DNA of 64,000 nt, taken from NCBI GenBank assembly GCA_963793865.1, contig CAWCBP010000001.1:416001-480000 (forward strand). Reading direction: 5' to 3'. This DNA comes from an uncultured delta proteobacterium. GTDB taxonomy: Bacteria > Desulfobacterota > WTBG01. The notes beneath the pieces were generated by a model that did no database searches, was not told the origin of the DNA, and saw only the letters and a list, made by a program, of their open reading frames with translations. A program made the translations under genes and the position numbers. Below are positions 51,431 through 61,380 of this stretch, piece by piece (position 1 is the first letter of the stretch; each line of letters opens with the position of its first letter).

Positions 51431-52621
51431 ATGGATCTGATCAGCATCATTGAGGATCAGCAGAAGCAGGCCCTGCCTGATGAGCCCGGATCGTTGTTTG
51501 ACAGGATTCGCCGCCTGGAGGAATCCAACAGCGCCCTCATTGCCATCCAGAACAAGCTGGAGCGGTTAAGCCAGTTTCATGCAGAGATGGTGCTGTCCTA
51601 TGACATTTATGACATCCTGGAGAAGGGGCTGGCCAAGTTTCAGGAGCTGGTCAGGACCAAGGTATGCTCCGTCTTCCTGGTGCACGAACACGGCTACCAG
51701 TTTGTCAATAAATCCATACCCGCGGAACTCGCGCCGGCCGCTCAAAAGGAGGTGGAGGCGCAGATACAATCAGGGACATTCGGCAGGATCATGAGCAGCG
51801 GCATGCCGGCCTGTGTGCCTGCCGATAACTTCAGAGGTGAGAAAAACCAGCCTCTCAGCGTTTTAATGGCCCCGCTGATCCACCGGGGGAAAACCATCGG
51901 CGTGGTGGTGATTGTCTTTGAGGAGGACCGGGATTTTATACGGCAGCAAACCCTGAAGCTCCTCTATATTCTGGCGGGTTTTTTTTCCATGGCCATACAA
52001 AACGCACACCTGTTCGGCGATCTGAAAAGCAGCTACTTTGATACCATCAGGGGCGTGGCCAATTCGGTTGAAGCGCGGGATCCCTATACCAAGGGTCACT
52101 CGCGCAGGGTGGCGCGCATCGCCAGGTCAATGGCGGAATCGCTTAACTGGACAAAGGAGGCGCTTGAGTTTATCGACTGGGGCGGCATGCTCCACGATGT
52201 GGGGAAAATAGGCATCCACGATAAAATACTCAATAAGAAAGCACGGCTTGAAGATAACGAGTTTGAAACCATGAAAATGCATCCGGTCATAGGAGCCCAG
52301 ATAGTGGAGGGGATCGGCTTTTTGAAACCCGTGGTTCCCTACATTTTAGAGCACCACGAGCGGTATAACGGGAACGGTTATCCCCGCGGCCTTGTGGGTG
52401 ATCAGATTTCGATTGAAGGACGACTGCTGGCGGTGGCCGACGTGTTTGATGCCATGACCACCGAAAGGCCCTATCAGAAGGCATTTGAACCTGAAGTGGC
52501 TTTCAATAAAATTGTGGCCAATAAAAAAATTCTTTTTGATCCTCTCATCGTCCAGGCATTTGAACATGTCTGGCAAACGGGAAAAATTCAGGAGATTCTT
52601 GATGCCTTCAAAAAGGCCTGA
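51431..52621 (+). CDS. GAF plus HD-GYP c-di-GMP phosphodiesterase
   Basis: RDPYTKGHS, LHDVGKIG, HHERYNGNGYP, ADVFDAMT..RPY. Confidence 0.92.
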   Translation: MDLISIIEDQQKQALPDEPGSLFDRIRRLEESNSALIAIQNKLERLSQFHAEMVLSYDIYDILEKGLAKFQELVRTKVCSVFLVHEHGYQFVNKSIPAELAPAAQKEVEAQIQSGTFGRIMSSGMPACVPADNFRGEKNQPLSVLMAPLIHRGKTIGVVVIVFEEDRDFIRQQTLKLLYILAGFFSMAIQNAHLFGDLKSSYFDTIRGVANSVEARDPYTKGHSRRVARIARSMAESLNWTKEALEFIDWGGMLHDVGKIGIHDKILNKKARLEDNEFETMKMHPVIGAQIVEGIGFLKPVVPYILEHHERYNGNGYPRGLVGDQISIEGRLLAVADVFDAMTTERPYQKAFEPEVAFNKIVANKKILFDPLIVQAFEHVWQTGKIQEILDAFKKA

Positions 52622-52850
52622 AGCCGGTTGCCGGTAATTCCTTCCCATTCCTTCTGCTCCATCCCCATCCAAAACTTTTCTCTTTTCTCCCGCCGGGTAA
52701 TCGAGTATACAAATACAAGGGTACAGGGTTTAGGGTAAGGAGGAGTTGACAGTTGCCAGTTCACAGTTTGCAGGGTAAAGCTGCGTTGCAATTGTGCTGA
52801 CCTCCTTCTCATTTCTTCGTATCACCCAAGTGATTTACATTGACATAAAG

Positions 52851-52923
52851 GTCATTCTGTGGCTTGACCACAGCATCCAGATGCAATTTTTCATTGGATC
52901 CTGCGATCAAGTCGCAGGATGAC
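52851..52923. repeat. Paired palindromic element
   Basis: gtcattctgtggcttgaccacagcatcca ... tggatcctgcgatcaagtcgcaggatgac. Confidence 0.7.
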
Positions 52924-53087
52924 TTAAAAGGCATTTTGAGACAGTAGTATTAAGATAATCCTCTCATCATTTCTCATTTGGAACATTTGATATTTGAATT
53001 TTGGGTTTGTTTCGGATTTCGTGCTTCGGATTTGATTCACAATCCAGTATCCAGCATCATGTTTTTATAATCCCAGGGAATCATCGC

Positions 53088-54413
53088 ATGAACTGCGCAA
53101 CGTCCCCCACGAAGCTCCTGCTTCTTGCCTTTGACGGCCTTTCATTTCCCCTGCTCAAACGGCTGGTTGATGCCGGTGACCTGCCGTGCTTCAAGGCGCT
53201 GATGGACAGGGGATCCTGGGGGCTGTTCGAACCGTTTGTCCCCTCCAACTCCGCCGTCATATGGACAAGCGTCATGACCGGCATGCATCCCCGCAAGCAC
53301 GGAATCGACAGCTTCATCTATTACACGGCAGGGAAAAGGGTCTTCAGGAAATCCTCGGTAAAAAAGCTGCTGAAGCTCGGCTTCCGGCCGCTCTTCAACC
53401 TGCTGAAGCGCAAGGGATACGTGCGCGATCATCCATTCACGCTGAGCATGGTCGGGGAAAAAATGCTCTGGGAGCTTTTTGCAGAGGGCGGCCGCACGGC
53501 AGGAGTCATCAACTGGTGGCACAGCTGGCCCGCTCCCGCGCTTCCCGGCTTTATTGTATCAGACCGGGTGCATTACTGGAGATCGCGTGAAAGAAGCCAT
53601 GCGCCGGGTGAATTAGCGGATGCATGCCTCATGTATCCTCCCCGGCTGGCTGACGAAATCATGAGCAGGCTGGTCAATCCTTATGAGATACCCGATGAGG
53701 CCTATCAGCAGATCATGAAGATTGATGCGGCAACCGTCGGGAGCATGAAAGATGCCCACTATGAGCGCCATCAGCTCATGAGCGAATTCAAGTATCTCTA
53801 CGCCATGGATGAATCGGTGAAGAGCATGGCGCTCTATTGCATCGATCGTCTGTCCCAGCCGGATTTGCTGGCCCTGTATTTCAGGGGAATCGACATTATT
53901 TCTCACTGCGCTTTGAAATATGCCCCCCACAACAGGGATGACTCGGTCAGCGATGAAGATGCGTCCCGGTTTGGCGACACGGTCAATGCCTATTACCGTC
54001 ACACCGATGCGCTGCTCGGGGAAATTGTGCGCGCCGTATCCAGGGATACGGCCGTTTTGGTTGTGTCCGATCACGGATTTGATAAAGAGCCTGACGGACG
54101 CTTCGGTCACAGGAAAACAGCGCCGCCCGGGACATTCATTGCCGCGGGAAAACCATTTGCGCGGGGCGCCCTCCCGCGGCAGGTGAAACTCTATGATGTT
54201 GCGCCCACCCTGCTGTACCTGTCCGGCCTGCCCTGCTCACGGGATATGGAAGGCAGGGTGATTACCGAGTGTATCGACCGGGAATTTCAGCGCGACCATC
54301 CGGTCTGTTACATCGATAGCTATGGTCCACCCGTCCGGCATCACGCCCCGATTGTTTCTGAGAGTGAAGAGCTCATCAAGGAGCGCCTCCGAGCCCTCGG
54401 CTACATAGATTAA
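53088..54413 (+). CDS. Alkaline phosphatase superfamily (nucleotide pyrophosphatase/phosphodiesterase-like) protein
   Basis: FDG, WTSVMTG..P.KHGI, DIISH, VSDHGF, DVAPTLL, RLRALGYI. Confidence 0.85.
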   Translation: MNCATSPTKLLLLAFDGLSFPLLKRLVDAGDLPCFKALMDRGSWGLFEPFVPSNSAVIWTSVMTGMHPRKHGIDSFIYYTAGKRVFRKSSVKKLLKLGFRPLFNLLKRKGYVRDHPFTLSMVGEKMLWELFAEGGRTAGVINWWHSWPAPALPGFIVSDRVHYWRSRERSHAPGELADACLMYPPRLADEIMSRLVNPYEIPDEAYQQIMKIDAATVGSMKDAHYERHQLMSEFKYLYAMDESVKSMALYCIDRLSQPDLLALYFRGIDIISHCALKYAPHNRDDSVSDEDASRFGDTVNAYYRHTDALLGEIVRAVSRDTAVLVVSDHGFDKEPDGRFGHRKTAPPGTFIAAGKPFARGALPRQVKLYDVAPTLLYLSGLPCSRDMEGRVITECIDREFQRDHPVCYIDSYGPPVRHHAPIVSESEELIKERLRALGYID

Positions 54414-54458
54414 CTCCCCGCAACATCACCTAACCAATAGAAATACTTTAAAATTATC

Positions 54459-54510
54459 TTGACACTTCTATATGTGGTGGTGTATTTAATTACTAATGCC
54501 ATATATTGAT
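54459..54510 (+). promoter_or_regulatory. sigma70 promoter overlapped by tandem NrdR-box-like sites
   Basis: TTGACA at 54459; cttCTATATgTgGTG (54465) and atgCcATATATTGat (54496), 31 bp apart. Confidence 0.6.
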
Positions 54511-54598
54511 TGATGCAGGCAGAGGTTCGACTCAGAGCGGCCGGTTGCATCAATGCCTGAATGGCGCGCCACTCGGGAAGGGAAGGGGGTGAAAAGTA

Positions 54599-54667
54599 AT
54601 GGCAACAAAGAAAAAGGCAGCAAAAAAGAAGGCAACCAAGACAGCTTGTTGTTCAAAGAAGAAGTAA
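54599..54667 (+). CDS. 22-aa Lys/Ala-rich basic peptide
   Basis: MATKKKAAKKKATKTACCSKKK; strong RBS gaagggggtga; own promoter and downstream hairpin; below the ORF-track cutoff. Confidence 0.7.
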   Translation: MATKKKAAKKKATKTACCSKKK

Positions 54668-54696
54668 GCTTGTGATCAATCGAATTTGTTGTACGA

Positions 54697-54742
54697 GGTC
54701 TCCCAAAGAATGAAGCCAGTTTTTTGGGAGATCGCCTTTTTA
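54697..54742 (+). terminator. Stem-loop, probable terminator of the small-peptide transcript
   Basis: ggtctcccaaagaa ... ttttttgggagatc followed by a T-run. Confidence 0.55.
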
Positions 54743-54852
54743 ATGAGTAACCTGCTATAAACTATGCAGATTTTTGTTGACAAATAAACTATTTGCAATA
54801 GATTAGCCGTAATTCGTTTAGCTCAACTCTCTTTTGTTGCGGGAAACAGCTT

Positions 54853-55512
54853 ATGGATGCACTTGCTGCCATTAATGATCGTTCAAGCATTCGGTGCTTT
54901 ACCGACCAGCCTGTGGGGCGGGAGACCATTGAGCAGTTGCTGGATTGCGCGCGCAAGGCGCCGTCCGCCTCCAACCAGCAACCCTGGAATTTTGTGGTGG
55001 TGAGCGGGCACAGCAGGGACACGTTGGCCGGGGCCCTGCTTGCGGCACAGAAAAACCGGGGCAAACATTATGATCCATCCCGGAGCAGGTCCCTGCCTGA
55101 TGCCTACGTGGAGAGAAGCAGGAAGCTCATCAAGAGCTTACGGTCACATCTCGAGGCGATCAGCCTGCAGGCTGTGCCGTTCCTGGAGGAGGGGAGCTGC
55201 TCGTTTTACGGGGCGCCTGTTCTCATCCTGGTGACCATGGACAAGGCGCATATACCGTCTCAATTGATAGATATCGGATGCGCGGTGCAAAATCTCTGCC
55301 TTGCCGCACACGCCCGGGGACTGGGTACCTGCATTATTGCACTCATACTCATGTTCGGAGATGTGATACGGGAACAGCTTTCCCTGGGGGAAGAGGTGGA
55401 GGCGGTGGTCGGCATCGCCCTCGGGTACCCGGATCGCGGGTCAGCGATCAACCGGTTCCGGGCCCCGAAAGAAGAGCTGAGTTCCGTGACGCGGTGGATA
55501 GGCTTCGATTAG
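54853..55512 (+). CDS. Nitroreductase family protein
   Basis: RSSIRCF, APSASNQQPW, FYGAP, QNLCLAAHARGLGTC, LGYPD. Confidence 0.92.
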   Translation: MDALAAINDRSSIRCFTDQPVGRETIEQLLDCARKAPSASNQQPWNFVVVSGHSRDTLAGALLAAQKNRGKHYDPSRSRSLPDAYVERSRKLIKSLRSHLEAISLQAVPFLEEGSCSFYGAPVLILVTMDKAHIPSQLIDIGCAVQNLCLAAHARGLGTCIIALILMFGDVIREQLSLGEEVEAVVGIALGYPDRGSAINRFRAPKEELSSVTRWIGFD

Positions 55513-55643
55513 GGGATGCCCGCGCCCGGATTGGGGCTTGCAGCATCGTGCAACCGCATGCCATGCCGCGGGTAATGCAATATCGCCGGAGAAGCTGCCG
55601 GCTTGATAAACAAAGGGATCTAACCTGATGAGAGGAGGAGGTA

Positions 55644-55922
55644 ATGCTTAAATCAGATCTGATTGAAAAAGTTGCCAGGGAAATGAACATGAACAATGAC
55701 ATTGCCCAGCTGGTGATCAACAACGTATTCGATGCCATGACAGAGGCGCTCAGCAGGGGGGAGAGCATTGAGATACGAGGCTTCGGCAGCTTCAGCGTGA
55801 GGACGTATGCTTCCCGGGAGGGCAGAAACCCCAAATCAGGGGCGAAAGTCGCTGTCCCGCCCCGAAAGAAACCTTTCTTCAAGGTGGGCAAAGAGTTGAA
55901 GAACAGGGTTAATACTTTGTAA
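55644..55922 (+). CDS. Integration host factor beta / HU family protein
   Basis: KSDLI, IEIRGFGSF, GRNPKSG, PFFKVGKELK. Confidence 0.92.
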   Translation: MLKSDLIEKVAREMNMNNDIAQLVINNVFDAMTEALSRGESIEIRGFGSFSVRTYASREGRNPKSGAKVAVPPRKKPFFKVGKELKNRVNTL

Positions 55923-56058
55923 CTTCCCGCCGAAACACATTTTGTGTTACAGTAATGGGAGGGGTACCATGAACCTTTTTATTATCCTCCATGCCTTCCG
56001 GACATTGTAACTTTCCTGCATCCGCTCCTTACAATACATCCGGACAAAGCTATCTTTT

Positions 56059-56994
56059 ATGCAGAGTGAAGACATGACCGGGCAGGCCGGCGGTCTGCCA
56101 TCCGGCTTTGATGCTGCGGCACGGGATGAAGGTAAGCACGGGACAAAGCCCCGCACAAAACCCTCCATTGCTGTCAACGTGGTTCTGTTTATCTGTACGG
56201 TCGGGACGACCGTTCTGGCCGGCGCGCTCCAGCAGGGAGTCAATCCCTTGGAGGACCCGTCGCAGCTGATCAAGGGGCTGCCGTTTTCGGCTGCGCTGTT
56301 GTTCATCCTGCTGGCCCATGAAATGGGGCATTTCCTCACCTCAAAATATTACCGCATTGATGCCAGCCTTCCCTATTTTATACCGGCGCCCACGTTCATA
56401 GGGACCTTCGGCGCGTTCATCAAGATGCGCTCCCCGATGCTGAATAAGCGTGTTCTGCTTGATGTCGGGGCCAATGGTCCGCTGGCCGGGCTGCTGGTGA
56501 CCATTCCGGTTCTGGCGGTCGGCCTGAAGCTCTCTGAAGTGAAAGCGCTCACAACCCCTCTGGAGGGGGGCATGGCGCTGGGATCATCTCTCATCCTTTA
56601 TTTCATGACCACGGTTATTCTGGGCCCCCTGCCCGATACGCACCAGGTGATTCTCCATCCCCTGGGCTTTGCGGGCTGGATCGGATTGCTGGTCACATCC
56701 ATGAATCTCATACCGGTGGGGCAGCTCGACGGCGGGCACATTGCCTACGCGGTCTTCGGCAGGAAAACGAGGCACATATCAACGGCAGTCCTCATCTGTC
56801 TGCTCGGCCTTGGCATCTGGGCGTCGCAGATGTGGCTGATGTGGGCTCTCATCCTTTTTGTCCTGCTGGGCATACGGCATCCCGCGCCGCTTGATTATGA
56901 TGAGCCGCTGGACCGCAGGCGCAGAATGCTGGGCCTGGGCATGCTGGTGATTTTTGTGCTGACCTTTGTGCCGGTGCCGTTCGGAAATCTGTAA
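56059..56994 (+). CDS. Site-2 protease (peptidase M50)
   Basis: HEMGH (HExxH), GTFGAFI, GPLAG, NLIPVGQLDGGH. Confidence 0.92.
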   Translation: MQSEDMTGQAGGLPSGFDAAARDEGKHGTKPRTKPSIAVNVVLFICTVGTTVLAGALQQGVNPLEDPSQLIKGLPFSAALLFILLAHEMGHFLTSKYYRIDASLPYFIPAPTFIGTFGAFIKMRSPMLNKRVLLDVGANGPLAGLLVTIPVLAVGLKLSEVKALTTPLEGGMALGSSLILYFMTTVILGPLPDTHQVILHPLGFAGWIGLLVTSMNLIPVGQLDGGHIAYAVFGRKTRHISTAVLICLLGLGIWASQMWLMWALILFVLLGIRHPAPLDYDEPLDRRRRMLGLGMLVIFVLTFVPVPFGNL

Positions 56995-57000
56995 GGCTTG

Positions 57001-58485
57001 ATGCATATGGGCAACAACCGGGGAAAGACAACCGGCATCATCATCAGGACCGTCATCATGCTGCTGTGGCTGGGCATGATGGGAATACTGGTGCAAAGAA
57101 CCTGCTTTGACGGGGGGAGCAGCCATGCCCGGGCGGGCGGCACCGCAAGCCAGCTGCGGCCGCGGGAAGAGTGGATGGGTATTTACTGGGGCGGGGAAAA
57201 GGTCGGCTATTCCGTTTCAAAGATAAAAAAGTCGCGCGACGGATATCAGATGGATGAGCAGGCGGTCATGGATCTCACGGTCATGGGGACCTCCCAAAGG
57301 ATAGACACCGAGCTGACCTCCCGGGTGGATAATGCCTTTACCCTGCGGTCATTTGACTTCCGGATGATGTCGAACCTTTTCAGCTTTAAGGCGGCGGGGA
57401 CTGTGGAGGGCAACCGGCTGCAGCTGGAGCTGGAGTCGGGGGCAAGCACGAAGCGCACTGCCATCGAGCTGGAAGAGGCGCCCTGCCTTGCCGGCACGAT
57501 CAAGCCGCTTATGCTTTCCGAGGGACTGGAGGTGGGGAAAAGGCTGCGCTACAGCATTTTTGATCCCGCCACCATGGCCAGCGCCCCGGTGGAGATCGTG
57601 GTTGAGGGGAAGGAGGACCTGGAAATTCGCGGAAGGACCATTGCGTGCTACCGTCTCGGGAGCACATTTAAAGGCATCACGCTGCGCTCCTGGATAGATG
57701 AGGAGGGCAATACCATGCGCGAAGAGAGTCCGATGGGCCTGATGCTGATCCGGGAAAGCAAGGTTGACGCCCTGACCGCCAACTGGCGCGGCACAAAAAA
57801 GGATTTTCTGACGGCCAGCGCCATCCCGGTGGAAAGGCCCATCACCGCCGACTATCCGGCCTATCTCAAGGTGCGCCTGCTGAACTGCGACCTGCAGGGA
57901 TTTGACCTTTCCTCACAACGGCAGGCGCTGCGCGCCGATACGCTGGAAATTACACGGGAGGATCTTTCGGACCTGCCTCCCTGCATCATCCCCGTCGGCG
58001 GAAAGGAAATGCAGGAATATCTCAGCCCCACCCCTTTTATTCAGAGTGCCGACCCCGCACTTCGCGCGCAGGCCGGTGAAATTATCGGTGATGAGCGCGA
58101 CGCCCTCAAGGCGGCTGCGCTCCTTCATGGCTGGGTATACCGCACGATTGAAAAGAGGCCGGCCCTGAGCATTCCCAGCGCGCTGGATGTGTTGCGATTG
58201 AAGGTGGGCGACTGTAATGAACATGCCACGCTCTTCGTTGCCCTTTGTCGCGCCGCGGGCATACCCTGCAAGCTCTGCGCGGGAATCGTGTATAATCAGG
58301 GCAGCTTCTATTACCATGCCTGGTCCGAGTTTTACGCGGGGCGCTGGGTGAGCGCGGACCCGACCCTGGACCAGCTTCCGGCGGACGCGACCCACATCCG
58401 GCTGATTGAAGGGGGGCTGGACCGGCAGCTTGAAATCATCCGGCTGATCGGAGCGCTGAGGGTGGAGGTGGTGGAATACCGATGA
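57001..58485 (+). CDS. Exported transglutaminase-like protein
   Basis: N-terminal TM; GDCNEHA, YHAW and ADPT give a Cys-His-Asp triad. Confidence 0.88.
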   Translation: MHMGNNRGKTTGIIIRTVIMLLWLGMMGILVQRTCFDGGSSHARAGGTASQLRPREEWMGIYWGGEKVGYSVSKIKKSRDGYQMDEQAVMDLTVMGTSQRIDTELTSRVDNAFTLRSFDFRMMSNLFSFKAAGTVEGNRLQLELESGASTKRTAIELEEAPCLAGTIKPLMLSEGLEVGKRLRYSIFDPATMASAPVEIVVEGKEDLEIRGRTIACYRLGSTFKGITLRSWIDEEGNTMREESPMGLMLIRESKVDALTANWRGTKKDFLTASAIPVERPITADYPAYLKVRLLNCDLQGFDLSSQRQALRADTLEITREDLSDLPPCIIPVGGKEMQEYLSPTPFIQSADPALRAQAGEIIGDERDALKAAALLHGWVYRTIEKRPALSIPSALDVLRLKVGDCNEHATLFVALCRAAGIPCKLCAGIVYNQGSFYYHAWSEFYAGRWVSADPTLDQLPADATHIRLIEGGLDRQLEIIRLIGALRVEVVEYR

Positions 58486-59312
58486 TGCAGCTGCGCGAGC
58501 TTTCAAAGCGGTTCGGCAATCTCATGGCTGTCGACGGCGTTTCCCTGGAAGTGAAACGGGGGGAGATTTTCGGTTTCCTGGGCCCGAACGGGGCGGGGAA
58601 GACCACCACCATCAAAATGCTGGCGGGCCTGATCAAGCCCAGCAGCGGGCGGGTGATCATTGACGGGTGGGACCTGGAGGAGCGCCCGCGGGAGGCGAAA
58701 AAGGCGGTGGGGTTCATTCCCGACCGGCCGTTTCTCTATGAAAAGCTGACCGCACATGAATTCCTCCGTTTTCTTGCAGGGCTTTACGGCTGTCCCGCGG
58801 ATGGAACCGATGAGCGCATGACATCGCTTTTGCGGCTGTTCGGCATTGAGGAGTGGAAGGACGAGCTGATTGAAAGTTTTTCTCACGGCATGAAGCAGCG
58901 GCTGGTGATGGTATCCGCGTTTTTGCATCAGCCCAAGATAATCATTGTGGATGAGCCCATGGTGGGGCTGGATCCGGCCGGCGCCCGGCTGGTAAAAGAG
59001 GTGTTCCGAAGCTTTGCCTCACGCGGAGGGGCGGTCTTCATGTCCACCCATACCCTGGAAGTGGCGGAGGAGGTCTGTGACCGCATTGCCATCATTCACG
59101 GGGGCCGGATTGTGGCGTCGGGTACGATCGATGAGCTCAGGCAAAAGGCGGGCAGCGAGGGGGTTAAGCTGGAAACCCTCTTTTTCAAGCTTACCGGGGG
59201 AGAGCAAGAGCGCCGCCTGGCGGAGTCGATGCAGTTCAATGACGGGTTGTTGAAAAAGTGTTTTCTTCAGGCTCTTCAAAAGCCCCTCCCCCTTGAGCCA
59301 CAAATCAGATGA
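58482..59312 (+). CDS. ABC transporter ATP-binding protein
   Basis: GPNGAGKTT, FSHGMKQR, IIVDEP, STH; C-terminus reads into a short inverted-repeat element. Confidence 0.93.
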   Translation: MMQLRELSKRFGNLMAVDGVSLEVKRGEIFGFLGPNGAGKTTTIKMLAGLIKPSSGRVIIDGWDLEERPREAKKAVGFIPDRPFLYEKLTAHEFLRFLAGLYGCPADGTDERMTSLLRLFGIEEWKDELIESFSHGMKQRLVMVSAFLHQPKIIIVDEPMVGLDPAGARLVKEVFRSFASRGGAVFMSTHTLEVAEEVCDRIAIIHGGRIVASGTIDELRQKAGSEGVKLETLFFKLTGGEQERRLAESMQFNDGLLKKCFLQALQKPLPLEPQIR

Positions 59313-59333
59313 GTGTTTTTCAACAACCTGCTA
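59245..59333. mobile_element. Short MITE-like element with the same end type as 4661/10505/61043
   Basis: Perfect 13-bp IR ggttgttgaaaaa (59245) / tttttcaacaacc (59316), then tgctaa. Confidence 0.6.
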
Positions 59334-59347
59334 AGGAGATCACGGGC

Positions 59348-61045
59348 ATGGGTGAGACCGTGCTGCTGCTGGCGGCAAAAGTACGTTCATACAGGAACAG
59401 CTCAAGGGATGCGGGTAGCAGTAAGCTGGTTCGCCTGATGGTCTTTTCTGCCGCTGCGCTGCTCTTCTGGGCCGGGACCTTTTACATATTTTACCGCGTG
59501 CTGGGCTACTTTGCCGGCATCGAGGTCATCGGGACCCTGCTCGCCGCCAAGCTGCTTTCCATGGTCTTTCTCACCTGCTTCTCGCTGCTGCTCTTCAGCA
59601 ATACCATCACCGCGCTTTCCACCTATTTTTTGTCGGACGACCTGCAGCTGCTCAACGCGGTGCCTGTTTCCGCCACCGGCCTCTATGCCGGCCGGTTTCT
59701 TGAAACCGTGATCAGCAGCTCCTGGACGGTGCTTTTCTTCAGCTCGCCCGTCTTCCTCGCCTACGGCCTGGTGTACCATGCCTCGTTTGCTTATTATCTT
59801 GCCCTGGCAGGGGTGATCATCCCCTTTGTTCTCATCCCTGCCGCGGCAGCAACCGTGCTCATCCTGCTTCTGGTCTCCCTCGTTCCCGCGCGCCGCCTCA
59901 AGGAAATCATCGTGCTTACCTTCATCCTGATTGTGGTGGGGGTGTTTCTCTTCATCCGCTTCCTTCAGCCCGAGCGGCTGGTGGACCCGGAGAGCTTTTA
60001 CCTGGTGATGGATTATATCAGCAATTTACGAACACCCGCCTCTCCCTTTTTTCCCAGCCAGTGGGCTGCAGACGCCCTGGCCCCCTTTCTTTTCGATTCC
60101 GCGCGGTGGTCGCAGTTCCCGGTCATGCTGCTCTGGAGCACCGGTCTGGCCTTCGCGGTCATGGGCGAATGGGTCTTCAAGCGGCGCTACGTTGACGCCT
60201 GGTCAAAGGCCCAGGAGGCCAGAAGCGCCCGCTGGTCCCGGTCAACACCGCTCAACCGCTCTCTTGATTGGCTGCTGAAGCCCCTATCCCCGGCGGTCCG
60301 CGTCATCATTCTGAAGGATCTGAAGCTTTTTCTGCGGGACACCAACCAGTGGACGCAGCTCTTCCTGATCGGGGCGCTGATCGTTATCTACGTGTATAAT
60401 TTCAGCGTCCTTCCCATGGAGCGGTCGCCGCTTCCCACATTCTATCTGCAGAACGTCATTGCCTTTCTTAATCTGGGGCTGGCGGCCTTTGTGATTGCCG
60501 CCATAGCCGGGCGGTTTACCTTCCCCGGCGTGAGCATCGAGGGGAAGGCCTTCTGGATTCTCAAGTCATCGCCCCTGGAGCTGCGCACGGTGCTCTGGAG
60601 CAAGTTCTGGGTCAATTTCCTCTTCCTGCTGGTTCCGGCGGAACTGTTGATCATCACCACCAACCTGCTGATGAACGCGGCCCCTTTCATGCAGTGGCTC
60701 TCGGTGCTGAGCATTGCGGGAATGACCTTCGGCATTACCAGCCTGGGCATGGGGTGCGGCGCCCGCTTCCCCCGCTTCAACGCGGAAAACGTATCGCAGG
60801 TGGCCACGGGCTTTGGCGGCATGTTTTACATGATCGTGGCGGTGCTGTTTATCGGGCTGATGGTGGTGCTGGAGGCGCGCCCGGTCTATCTCTTTTTCAT
60901 GGCGCAATTCAGGGGCCTGCCCCTGACCGGGTGGGAGCTGGCCGAGATTGCCGGGCTGCTCGCGGCCGCCGTGCTGCTGAATGCGCTTGTGGCCATTCTC
61001 CCCATGCGCCTGGGGCTTAAGCAACTCGCAAGCCTGGAAGTGTAG
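59348..61045 (+). CDS. Putative ABC exporter permease
   Basis: Multiple TM segments; YFLSDDL..L...P, KDLKLFLRD, SIEGKAFWILKSSP, LWSKF; adjacent ATPase. Confidence 0.85.
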   Translation: MGETVLLLAAKVRSYRNSSRDAGSSKLVRLMVFSAAALLFWAGTFYIFYRVLGYFAGIEVIGTLLAAKLLSMVFLTCFSLLLFSNTITALSTYFLSDDLQLLNAVPVSATGLYAGRFLETVISSSWTVLFFSSPVFLAYGLVYHASFAYYLALAGVIIPFVLIPAAAATVLILLLVSLVPARRLKEIIVLTFILIVVGVFLFIRFLQPERLVDPESFYLVMDYISNLRTPASPFFPSQWAADALAPFLFDSARWSQFPVMLLWSTGLAFAVMGEWVFKRRYVDAWSKAQEARSARWSRSTPLNRSLDWLLKPLSPAVRVIILKDLKLFLRDTNQWTQLFLIGALIVIYVYNFSVLPMERSPLPTFYLQNVIAFLNLGLAAFVIAAIAGRFTFPGVSIEGKAFWILKSSPLELRTVLWSKFWVNFLFLLVPAELLIITTNLLMNAAPFMQWLSVLSIAGMTFGITSLGMGCGARFPRFNAENVSQVATGFGGMFYMIVAVLFIGLMVVLEARPVYLFFMAQFRGLPLTGWELAEIAGLLAAAVLLNALVAILPMRLGLKQLASLEV

Positions 61046-61201
61046 CAGGCTGTTGAAAAACACCCATCCCCTGCGTTACACGCTCCTCCTTCGTCACTGC
61101 AGCGTACTTGTATGTACGCCTCATTCCTCAGGATTTCGCGTGCCTTGCATCTGGATGTTTTTGATCAGCCTGCTGAAAATACTTTTTCAATAACCTGCTA
61201 G
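61043..61201. mobile_element. MITE-like element, copy 3 (most complete ends)
   Basis: tagcaggctgttgaaaaa ... tttttgatcagcctgct ... tttttcaataacctgcta. Confidence 0.72.
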
Positions 61202-61380
61202 GCGGCGGAGACAGCCGTTGTTTAGGCGGCAGGATCGGAACTTTCCGGTTGGCTTTGCTGCGCCACTGTTTACAATCAAGAAACTATGTGTTACACAGAT
61301 AGCGGATGCCCCATGAGGAAAAGAGTGCACAAAGCCTGTTGAGCCGCATGAGGGCATATGATTGAAAGGAGGTCAGCCGC

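Noticed and set aside
54521..54535. tRNA gene suggested by GGTTCGACTC
   Set aside because: No cloverleaf, D-arm, anticodon arm or acceptor stem can be built around it.
55549..55563. sigma54-like TGGCATGCGGTTGCA on the minus strand
   Set aside because: Spacing is one base short and it faces antisense into the nitroreductase gene.
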